A stretch of DNA of 64,000 nucleotides from a virus, in IMG/VR virus record IMGVR_UViG_3300042503_001836, positions 1-64,000 of that record. One strand, 5' to 3'. Below, piece by piece: positions 1 to 7,351 of the stretch (within the stretch, counting starts at the first letter, position 1; every line of letters begins with the position of its first letter). The position numbers and the translations under genes were made by a program. The notes below the pieces were generated by a model. It saw only the letters and a list, made by a program, of their open reading frames with translations, did no database searches and was not told the origin of the DNA.

Positions 1-194
1 CTTGAGAAAGGTGAGTAAAGCTATCAAAGTGCTGTTTTATCTGATTTAGGGGACTTATCCGAGGTCGCATCGGCGAGAGCCTTTATCATCAGATCCCTAC
101 AGTTAGAGGGTTTAGGTGGTCAAGCTACTGTTTCAAGCCTGTCTATTAGTTCCTGTTTAATCTTTAATTCCCCGGCCAAAGTTCCTTAAAGGTA

Positions 195-312
195 GTTTCA
201 ATCCAACTCCTTGTTACGGGAGTATTTGTGTTTAGCTATTGTTTCAAGCCTGTCTATTAGTTCCTGTTCCTAAATGTTTCAATCCAACTCCTTGTTAAGG
301 GAGTATTTTAGC
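195..312 (-). CRISPR. Degenerate two-repeat mini-array (195-231 and 276-312) of the phage type I-C repeat
   Basis: GTTTCAATCCAACTCCTTGTTACGGGAGTATTT and GTTTCAATCCAACTCCTTGTTAAGGGAGTATTT compared with array consensus GTTTCAATCCAACTCCCTATTAAGGGAGTATTTATAC; 44-nt gap between them. Confidence 0.85.
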
Positions 313-456
313 TTTTGAGGGAAGTACCTTGAAGCTTTTGCCTCGTCTCCTTAACCCAGGTTGCAGCCCTGACTTCTTATTTTTCCCAGCGTTAGAAGTC
401 AAACGACAACAATCTAAAAATTGAAGTCTGACGCGCAGTGCTACAAGCACATATCT

Positions 457-485
457 AATATATCAAATATTTCTGATTGTGTCAA
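457..485 (-). promoter_or_regulatory. sigma70-type promoter pointing into the non-coding region 1-450
   Basis: Minus strand TTGACA-17 nt-TATATT. Confidence 0.7.
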
Positions 486-589
486 GCCTTTATTTTAAAA
501 TTCTCTAAAACAACAAGCTAACTAAAAATCTACCCTAAACCCCCCTAATTCTGCTAATCTTAAATAACTGATATGCAAGGACAATCATC

Positions 590-805
590 ATGGGCAGGAA
601 AAAACAAAACAAAACCACCTTCATAGTTCGCATGGATGCTGATAAACGTCGGCAACTAGAGGAACAGATCATCGAACTAGGGTACTACTACACTAGGGAT
701 GGTGTATTGCTCCCTAGCATTGGCAGATATTTAGAGGACGTAGTAGACGGTAAAATATTACACCATAAAAGAATTTTAGATTTAAGTATTGACAATTCAA
801 AATAA
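590..805 (+). CDS. Small DNA-binding protein, possibly ribbon-helix-helix
   Basis: 71 aa; basic N-terminus, then alternating beta pattern TTFIVRMD followed by a helix; AGGA RBS. Confidence 0.45.
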   Translation: MGRKKQNKTTFIVRMDADKRRQLEEQIIELGYYYTRDGVLLPSIGRYLEDVVDGKILHHKRILDLSIDNSK

Positions 806-823
806 CTGATATACAGTTATAAA
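789..823 (+). promoter_or_regulatory. Phage early-type promoter, copy 1
   Basis: TTGACA-17-TACAGT; 35 bp identical to 2611-2645. Confidence 0.75.
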
Positions 824-872
824 CATAGGAGACAGGGAAAAACAAAAAACCACTCACGCCCTGGTTAAGTTG

Positions 873-2066
873 ATGACTACAGCTAAATTACAACAACGTC
901 AAGCTACATTAATCAACTTAATCACTCGTGTAGGCGGTCGCCAAAACATCCAGAAATGGATGGATGAACTTCTGCAAATTGACGTAAAACTTGAAACAAA
1001 GGAAGAAAACAAGATGTTTAAAATCAATGCTACTGATTTACATATCTCTATTCAAAAAAAATTAGCCAAATTAATTGATGGTAAGCTGGTAAAAGGCGTT
1101 ATCACTACATCAGTTGATCCTGACTCTCTCAACTGGCACGAATTAGAAATTAATATCTATGGCTACATTGATACTGATGCTGACAGACTATACGAATGTG
1201 TGTCATGGGAAGAAGCAACTCTAATTGTGGATAGCTTAAAATTAGCTATTAAATCTAATTTTACCAGTCTAGATGACTGGCATAAATATCAAACAAGAGG
1301 TGCTTGGGGATTCTTTGGGAGCAGCCTAGATCAAGGCATTAGCTACTACATACTTGGACTAGATCGCAAATATTGCGGTCAAGTTTTCAAAGCTACTGGA
1401 CGTAATAAAGACGTTGCCACTTATGAACAGATGGACGGCTTTGGCTTTGCCGATTCTGTTGACAAGCACGTTTTCACAAAATGGGAATACAAACACTCAG
1501 ATGGTACTATCATCTGGGTTGCTGAAAATAGAAAAATTTACACTATTCCTACAGAACAGGAAGTAGTGGGGAGAATACAGTCTCTAATTTATGAACACTG
1601 CAAAAGAGAAAAAATGACATGGCAAGATTTTGTTAGTGACATTGAAAATCGAAAACAAAAAAATGCAGCATTTGATGCTGCTGAAGAAGCCGCTAGAAAG
1701 GCTGCTGAAGTAGCTATTCCTGCACCAGAATGGTATCAAAAAGAAATCTACTCCAAATCACTATCTCGCTTTTGGATAGGCGATGATTACTTATACTTCT
1801 TTTACTGGAACACTAGAGATGGCAGTGTTTGGGAAGAGTGCGATGATCGTACTCGCGGCTTAGATAACAGAACCAGAAATCGTAGGTCTTTAGGATCTGA
1901 CAAGGAAGTGGTATTAAACTACATCCATGCGCTACTTCAAAAGCGTGAAGAGTACAGTCAACGCAAGCAAGAGCGTGAGGAAGCTTATGAGGCTTATAAG
2001 AAGGCTCAAAAAGCCAAAGGTGGCATCATTAAGCCTTTAGAAAAATGGCTGCAAACTGTAGCCTAA
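873..2066 (+). CDS. Hypothetical protein
   Basis: ~397-aa open ORF downstream of a promoter; no recognised motif. Confidence 0.75.
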   Translation: MTTAKLQQRQATLINLITRVGGRQNIQKWMDELLQIDVKLETKEENKMFKINATDLHISIQKKLAKLIDGKLVKGVITTSVDPDSLNWHELEINIYGYIDTDADRLYECVSWEEATLIVDSLKLAIKSNFTSLDDWHKYQTRGAWGFFGSSLDQGISYYILGLDRKYCGQVFKATGRNKDVATYEQMDGFGFADSVDKHVFTKWEYKHSDGTIIWVAENRKIYTIPTEQEVVGRIQSLIYEHCKREKMTWQDFVSDIENRKQKNAAFDAAEEAARKAAEVAIPAPEWYQKEIYSKSLSRFWIGDDYLYFFYWNTRDGSVWEECDDRTRGLDNRTRNRRSLGSDKEVVLNYIHALLQKREEYSQRKQEREEAYEAYKKAQKAKGGIIKPLEKWLQTVA

Positions 2067-2123
2067 CCCACCTGATGAGTCCGGCTGACTACCGGACGAA
2101 ACTACCATCTTGGTAGTCGTGGG
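2067..2123 (+). ncRNA. Hammerhead ribozyme (type I) HH1
   Basis: CCCAC-CUGAUGA-GUCCGG(7-nt loop)CCGGAC-GAAA-CUACCA(ucu)UGGUAG-UC-GUGGG; predicted cut after C2118. Confidence 0.93.
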
Positions 2124-2153
2124 AAGTTTATAGTTATACCCACTAGGAGATAT

Positions 2154-2510
2154 ATGATCTACTCATTTTTGGATAAGGAAGTTGCTGAAAAATTAAATGT
2201 AACTGCCGATGCTACATTTACCAAAGAATATGGGAACAAGTTTGTTTTCTCTTTAGATGAAAACAATCTAGTAATCAGTGAAGAAGAAGACAACTATGGA
2301 GACAAATCAATAGTCAACGCTGATCATATTCAGCTAAAACCAGGTGATAAAATTATTGCTAGATCAATGGATGGACTGACTGTCATCAGTCTTTTAAAGA
2401 TGGGCGTGAAAGTCGCATTACTTCAATTTGAAGTAGTGGAACTTCCTATTGATAAACAAACATCTGCCAAGAAAGCAGAATTAGTCTATTCATTAGTCTC
2501 ACTAGACTAA
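2154..2510 (+). CDS. Hypothetical protein, paralog of 2999-3298
   Basis: AGGAG RBS; shares MIYSFLDKE..EKLNVT.D and LK.GD.IIA..MDG.TV with 2999-3298. Confidence 0.8.
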   Translation: MIYSFLDKEVAEKLNVTADATFTKEYGNKFVFSLDENNLVISEEEDNYGDKSIVNADHIQLKPGDKIIARSMDGLTVISLLKMGVKVALLQFEVVELPIDKQTSAKKAELVYSLVSLD

Positions 2511-2513
2511 TAC

Positions 2514-2571
2514 CCCACCTGATGATGAGAGGTTGACCACCTCTCGAAACTACCATCTTGGTAGTAGTGGG
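2514..2571 (+). ncRNA. Hammerhead ribozyme HH2
   Basis: CCCAC-CUGAUGA-U-GAGAGG/CCUCUC-GAAA-CUACCA/UGGUAG-UA-GUGGG; one extra U after the core; predicted cut after A2566. Confidence 0.88.
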
Positions 2572-2610
2572 AAGTCTATAATTATACCCACAAAAAAATT
2601 AATTTAGGGG

Positions 2611-2645
2611 TTGACAATTCAAAATAACTGATATACAGTTATAAA
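2611..2645 (+). promoter_or_regulatory. Phage early-type promoter, copy 2
   Basis: Identical to 789-823. Confidence 0.75.
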
Positions 2646-2674
2646 TAAGAAACCGAAAGAGGAGAATAAAACAA

Positions 2675-2908
2675 ATGATTAACAAAGCATTAGAAAGACC
2701 TGAATATTTAAAACCCCAAGAACAGAAGTTCTGGGATGTATGGACTTATAGATATCAAGATGGTAGCGAAGTTTTAAGTTGTCATATTTTTACAGACAAG
2801 AAAGAAGCAATTAAATTTGCTTCTGAATCTGGTGGGGACTTTAACGAAGAATACTATTATTCTACAATTGAAGAAATGAAAAAAAAGAGAGGTATTAAAC
2901 ATTTCTAA
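2675..2908 (+). CDS. Hypothetical protein
   Basis: GAGGAG upstream; 77 aa; stop codon directly before HH3. Confidence 0.75.
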   Translation: MINKALERPEYLKPQEQKFWDVWTYRYQDGSEVLSCHIFTDKKEAIKFASESGGDFNEEYYYSTIEEMKKKRGIKHF

Positions 2909-2910
2909 TA

Positions 2911-2966
2911 CCCACCTGATGAGGGAGGCTGGCTACCTCCCGAAATTACCATTAGGTAATAGTGGG
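2911..2966 (+). ncRNA. Hammerhead ribozyme HH3
   Basis: CCCAC-CUGAUGA-GGGAGG/CCUCCC-GAAA-UUACC/GGUAA-UA-GUGGG; compensatory changes in stems II and III; predicted cut after A2961. Confidence 0.92.
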
Positions 2967-2998
2967 AAGCTAAAGTTTCAAACCCACAAGGAAACAAG

Positions 2999-3298
2999 AT
3001 GATCTATTCTTTTTTGGACAAAGAAATTACTGAAAAATTAAATGTAACGCCGGATGTTATATTTTCAAAACACAAAAAAGAAAACCTATTTCGATTTAAA
3101 ATTGAAGGTAGAAAATTGACTGCTATTGACACTACTTTCAATTTTAGTGGTCATATTTATGAGAATGTCAATATTATCGAGTTAAAAGTCGGCGATCAAA
3201 TAATTGCCGAAGCAATGGATGGTTCAACTGTAGTTGAATTAAACCATTTGGGTGTTAAAGTATCACTACACACTGACAATAAATTAGTTAGTATCTAG
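2999..3298 (+). CDS. Hypothetical protein, paralog of 2154-2510
   Basis: Shared N-terminal and internal motifs; AAGGA RBS. Confidence 0.8.
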   Translation: MIYSFLDKEITEKLNVTPDVIFSKHKKENLFRFKIEGRKLTAIDTTFNFSGHIYENVNIIELKVGDQIIAEAMDGSTVVELNHLGVKVSLHTDNKLVSI

Positions 3299-3307
3299 CT
3301 ACTAATC

Positions 3308-3364
3308 CCTACCTGACGAGGGAGGTTAGCTACCTCCCGAAACTACCATCTTGGTAGTAGTGGG
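3308..3364 (+). ncRNA. Hammerhead ribozyme HH4
   Basis: CCUAC-CUGACGA-GGGAGG/CCUCCC-GAAA-CUACCA/UGGUAG-UA-GUGGG; CUGANGA core; predicted cut after A3359. Confidence 0.92.
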
Positions 3365-3396
3365 AAGCTTAAATTCACACCCACAAAGGAAATAAG

Positions 3397-3696
3397 ATGA
3401 AAGGTTATTTTGTTGACAATTCCAACTTCTCTGGAAAAGATGACCTTTTCCAAGTCCTAAATGGTAAAAGCCGTCGGTTGACTTTTGAAGGTGAGAAAAG
3501 AAATGAAATAGACGGCACTTGGAATACCAGAAATTTTGATGGTATCTCCTACGCGCATCCCGACTCTATTTTGTCTTCTATTCCAGAAGAATTTAAAGAC
3601 CGATTTAGTAGAGTACCCGATCCGGGTAGCACCTCACCCACTTATAAACCCACAGGCGAACCCCGCGAATGGGGTGATTACGGAGATGATGACTAA
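3397..3696 (+). CDS. Hypothetical protein
   Basis: AAGGA RBS, ATG, 99 aa. Confidence 0.7.
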   Translation: MKGYFVDNSNFSGKDDLFQVLNGKSRRLTFEGEKRNEIDGTWNTRNFDGISYAHPDSILSSIPEEFKDRFSRVPDPGSTSPTYKPTGEPREWGDYGDDD

Positions 3697-4054
3697 GGGT
3701 ATTCTATGGGGTGTCTTACAATCACCCCTAACCATCCTCAAGCGTTACCCCTATGGAACGCCGCACCACGTAACACTTCAGTTTGGAGTAGATCGTGAAG
3801 ACTGGATAGACTGGGAAGGTAAGATATTCCAAGCCTCAACACTCTATGAGGCTTGGAACGGTAAAATACAAGCGGTAACGTTGCAATTACCTAAAAGTAT
3901 TCCCTGTCAGATTCAAACACCACACATAAGTATTAGCTGGTGTGATGGTGTCAAGCCTTACGAATCAAATACTATGCTTGCATCAGAATTTGATTCTCAG
4001 ATAATCGTAAGCGCGTATAAATTTAAGATTGAATTTCTGGAGTGGACAACATGA
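3686..4054 (+). CDS. 2H phosphoesterase (2',3'-cyclic phosphodiesterase-like)
   Basis: Two HxT/S motifs (HVTL, HISI) followed by VKPYESNTML, as in tRNA-ligase CPDase-type 2H domains; start reassigned to ATG 3686/3689 after GGAG. Confidence 0.7.
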   Translation: MMTKGILWGVLQSPLTILKRYPYGTPHHVTLQFGVDREDWIDWEGKIFQASTLYEAWNGKIQAVTLQLPKSIPCQIQTPHISISWCDGVKPYESNTMLASEFDSQIIVSAYKFKIEFLEWTT

Positions 4055-4461
4055 ACGTATATTTCTTTTCTCGCCATGATGCACAACCTCAAATGATCAC
4101 CGATCTAGGTGGCACGATCACAGAACAATTCAAAGGAACAATCTCTAGCATTGTTAAAGATGGAGATTCTATCAAGTTTTCAGAAATAACATTGGGTGAA
4201 ACTGAAGCGGTTTCACATAGTATCCCCAAAGATTCAATAGTAGTGGCTGTTGCACCACTACCCATACAAGAAGCATGGCTAAAGGCTGGGATTGAGGTGT
4301 TTCTCGCACCACAAAACAGAAAAGAGACAACAGAGGACGGACAAGTGATCTTTAACTACTCAGGGCTATTGCGTATCTTAAAAATAGAAGTTATTACAGA
4401 ACAATGGACAGGTGCAAGTCCTACTATTGAAGATAAGCACTTAGAGCGAAGCAAACTATAA
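4051..4461 (+). CDS. Hypothetical alpha/beta protein with N-terminal FSRH motif
   Basis: ATG overlaps the previous stop (ATGA); MNVYFFSRH...VVAVAPLP. Confidence 0.7.
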   Translation: MNVYFFSRHDAQPQMITDLGGTITEQFKGTISSIVKDGDSIKFSEITLGETEAVSHSIPKDSIVVAVAPLPIQEAWLKAGIEVFLAPQNRKETTEDGQVIFNYSGLLRILKIEVITEQWTGASPTIEDKHLERSKL

Positions 4462-4471
4462 GTAAAGCTTT

Positions 4472-4496
4472 ACCCGTCACCAATGGCGGGTTTTTT
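4472..4496 (+). terminator. Intrinsic terminator ending the ribozyme operon
   Basis: ACCCGTCA-ccaa-TGGCGGGT followed by a T run. Confidence 0.75.
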
Positions 4497-4563
4497 ATTT
4501 ATTTTAGGTACTAAAAAACCCACATCTAAAGATAAGATCCGGGTTAAATTTATTAAAATATAT

Positions 4564-4830
4564 TTAATTTTTCCCTGCACTATTTTTAATTTCCAATGCT
4601 CTGATCCTCTCATCCTGACTAGCCAATGCAGCTAAGATAGTCTTGTTATTTTCATTCAGAGTAGACAGTTCCACGCGCATCCGTACTATTTCAGAATAGT
4701 TCTGGGATAAAGTATTGACAACGCTGATTGCACTTGTAGAAATTATCCCAGTAACCAACATGACTATCCACGATGATAGTCTCATGTTACTTGGGTCTTT
4801 GGATTCTTCCTCTTCTATGCTCATATTCAC
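4564..4830 (-). CDS. Small single-TM coiled-coil protein (holin-like or membrane protein)
   Basis: Hydrophobic WIVMLVTGIISTSAISVV followed by a heptad-rich C-terminus. Confidence 0.55.
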   Translation of the reverse strand: MNMSIEEEESKDPSNMRLSSWIVMLVTGIISTSAISVVNTLSQNYSEIVRMRVELSTLNENNKTILAALASQDERIRALEIKNSAGKN

Positions 4831-5000
4831 CCCCTTTGATATCCCCCATGCCTACGTATACATAATTACTACTAAATTAGCATATAAAATTTTTAAATAA
4901 CAAAAAATCCTTACTACAATTACCACAGTAGTAAGGATGATAGAATAAAACAAAGGTAAAACAAGATGTACTTTCACAAGGACACTTGATCTATCTTATA

Positions 5001-6089
5001 TCACAGATTTTTATTAATTGCAAACATCTGTGATAATTTTAGGAGATTTGACTCTAGAGTCAACTTTGGGAACTTGGAATTATTGAACTCAGTCTCGGAT
5101 TCTCTAAGTAAAATTGATGCGTCTACCAGTTTATTAATTGGTAATTTACTACCCCAAGCCCTAGCAGCATTATAGGTTTTTGAGTCACAGGTCATAATGG
5201 TGTAGTCAATGGGTGTAGACTGTGAGGCAATGGCATTTCTCACAAAATTACTAACCTCACCTAACAACACAATCGGATCACTACCAGATTTAAAAAGTTC
5301 TTTCAACTGCCTATAGATTGCCGTGTAATCTTGACTAACACAGGCATCAAGTAAAGCTATCATATTGACCGCAGGAACAACGCCCAAAAGTTCATAGATA
5401 TCATTTTCCGTCTTAGCTTCTGACAAAATAACTTTATCCAAAAGTGTCAAGGTATCTCTAAGAATCCCATCGCCGTGACTGACTAGAATCTTGAGTAAAT
5501 CAGGTGCAATACTGTAATCTTCCTCTTCTAAAATTTTTTGGCAGTATGACCGCAGTTCGTAGTCTTTAATTGGGGCAAAGTTAAAGGTTTGACACCTAGA
5601 CTGAATAGTTTTAGGAACTTTTGATAACTCCGTTGTCACTAAGATAAACACAACCTTCTGACCTGGCTCTTCTAAAGTCTTTAACAGGGCATCAAAAGCT
5701 TGTTTAGTAAGATTGTGTGCCTCATCTAAAATATAGACTTTATAGCGAGAATAACCTGTATAGCAGACCTTAGAAACTAGTTCACGGGCATGATCAACGC
5801 CATTGTTAGTTGCACAATCTATTTCATAGATACCAAAGCTAACACCAGCCTGGATATCCAAACAAGTTCTACAAGTTCCACAAGGATCTGAAGTGATACC
5901 AGTTTGGCAATTCAAAGACTTAGCTAAAGCCCGCGCTGTTGATGTCTTACCCGTACCTCTAGCACCTGAAAATAAATAAGCAGAATGTAATTGTTGCTTA
6001 TTAATTGAATTGATTAAAGTTGTAGTGGTAAGACGTTGACCTACTACTTCTTTTAGAGTTTGGGGACGGTATTTTTGAACTAAAGACAT
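5001..6089 (-). CDS. dnaX: DNA polymerase III gamma/tau clamp-loader subunit
   Basis: KYRPQT, GARGTGKTS Walker A, Cys zinc module, DEAH, LLKTLEEP, SRC motif. Confidence 0.95.
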   Translation of the reverse strand: MSLVQKYRPQTLKEVVGQRLTTTTLINSINKQQLHSAYLFSGARGTGKTSTARALAKSLNCQTGITSDPCGTCRTCLDIQAGVSFGIYEIDCATNNGVDHARELVSKVCYTGYSRYKVYILDEAHNLTKQAFDALLKTLEEPGQKVVFILVTTELSKVPKTIQSRCQTFNFAPIKDYELRSYCQKILEEEDYSIAPDLLKILVSHGDGILRDTLTLLDKVILSEAKTENDIYELLGVVPAVNMIALLDACVSQDYTAIYRQLKELFKSGSDPIVLLGEVSNFVRNAIASQSTPIDYTIMTCDSKTYNAARAWGSKLPINKLVDASILLRESETEFNNSKFPKLTLESNLLKLSQMFAINKNL

Positions 6090-6142
6090 GGTTAAATTCC
6101 TTTCAATAAATAAAAAATCCCCTCTTTAGGGGACTATTTAAA

Positions 6143-6364
6143 CTAATCAATTTTTACCTGGATCTTGACATTGGGAAAATCTTTTTGGATAGCGGCGATA
6201 TCACTTTCCCAGTCATCCCATTTTAGACGCCCAAGATGTTTTATATCATCATTTCTACACTCACGGAAAACACCATAACCCCAAAGGGCATTTAATCTAC
6301 CACAGATTTTCCTACTAGCATCATCATTGTACGGCATGATAGCTAATCTATACTGTTTCATTGA
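6143..6364 (-). CDS. Hypothetical protein
   Basis: ORF within the operon; probable start MKQYRL. Confidence 0.55.
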   Translation of the reverse strand, partial: SMKQYRLAIMPYNDDASRKICGRLNALWGYGVFRECRNDDIKHLGRLKWDDWESDIAAIQKDFPNVKIQVKID

Positions 6365-6695
6365 TTTGTCTCCATAAATTTGCAAAATCTTTAACAAGAG
6401 CTTGACTATCAGGATTAACCTGATACATCTTTCTTGGTTGTCCTCTACCTTTGATTGGTTGCTGATAGCTAATAATTAACTTTTCAGCAAGCATAAACTT
6501 TAAAGCATTATTCAAAACGCAAGCTGATAGTTTTAAAGTAGGATACTGTTTCAAATCAGCTTGTATTTTAGCCTGGTAAGTGTCTCCTGACTGGAGAAGA
6601 AAGCATACCCACCAAACAGTTTGACACTGTGATAGATGGGTATAATCTGAAGATTTGTAGATAGTGCTAATCTTCATAAAAGTCTTCGGAGCCAA
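6348..6695 (-). CDS. pex: PadR-family winged-helix regulator, cyanobacterial Pex-like
   Basis: YP.LKLS..VL..ALKF, GRGQPRKMYQV and ANLW match the Pex pattern LSDTVLYSA.KFL...GRGRPRRMYQ...ARLW. Confidence 0.75.
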   Translation of the reverse strand: MAPKTFMKISTIYKSSDYTHLSQCQTVWWVCFLLQSGDTYQAKIQADLKQYPTLKLSACVLNNALKFMLAEKLIISYQQPIKGRGQPRKMYQVNPDSQALVKDFANLWRQINETV

Positions 6696-6921
6696 GTCTA
6701 AACTTTAAGTCTTCAATTTCCATTTCTAGCTGTCTTATTTCCTCTCTAGCTTGTTTGATGTTTGAAGAATGATCAGTATTGTTCAATTCCTCATCATCTT
6801 TAAGCTTTTTAATCAAGTCCTCTTGTTCTACTATGCCAGCTTCTAAGACTTCAATTCTCATTTCAATGTCTTCTAAATCCATGATGTTTTCTCCTAAAGT
6901 TAAAGTTCTTTTTTCAGCCAT
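6667..6921 (-). CDS. Acidic coiled-coil hypothetical protein
   Basis: 84 aa with heptad repeats. Confidence 0.6.
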   Translation of the reverse strand: MAEKRTLTLGENIMDLEDIEMRIEVLEAGIVEQEDLIKKLKDDEELNNTDHSSNIKQAREEIRQLEMEIEDLKFRLGSEDFYED

Positions 6922-7166
6922 AGATCAAGTTCCTTATTCCAATAATGAAACCTCATCATCAGCTTAGTAGCTTGCATCAAAAAGTATTCTCGCAATCCTT
7001 TAAATGACAGTTCTATACACTCATCAGCAAACATAATAGAACCATCGTTAAACACCAGATACTCCATAATACAACAGCCACTAGAATCGTATTTATAGAT
7101 ATCTATCATACGTTCCTTGAGTTGTTTTACCCTACCATTAACTAAATACATCACACAGTGTTTCAA
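6900..7166 (-). CDS. Hypothetical protein starting in, or just after, a solitary CRISPR repeat
   Basis: TTG start inside the repeat, or ATG 8 nt after it. Confidence 0.55.
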   Translation of the reverse strand: MKHCVMYLVNGRVKQLKERMIDIYKYDSSGCCIMEYLVFNDGSIMFADECIELSFKGLREYFLMQATKLMMRFHYWNKELDLWLKKEL

Positions 7167-7196
7167 TCCAACTCCCTATTAAGGGAGTATTTATAC
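7160..7196 (-). CRISPR. Solitary perfect CRISPR repeat (array-1 type)
   Basis: 37/37 match to the array 1 repeat; no neighbouring repeat. Confidence 0.95.
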
Positions 7197-7351
7197 TTTC
7201 AGAACTCTAGGTCGAGTTCCCAGTTAAGCAAGTTTTCAAGCTTACCTGTATACTGTTTTACTTTTGTCATGTCTTTTTGCTTGACATTATTCTAAAATAA
7301 TAGTATAGTTATAAAACAATGTCAAGTAAAATAATAACATAAATTAATAGT

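Noticed and set aside
2154-3298. AcrIII-1 (DUF1874) assignment for the two paralogs
   Set aside because: Only an I.LK.GD motif is shared, and the GH..TA signature is absent.
3536-3685. Long N-terminal extension of the 2H ORF in the track
   Set aside because: It overlaps gene 3397-3696; a better start follows GGAG at 3686/3689.
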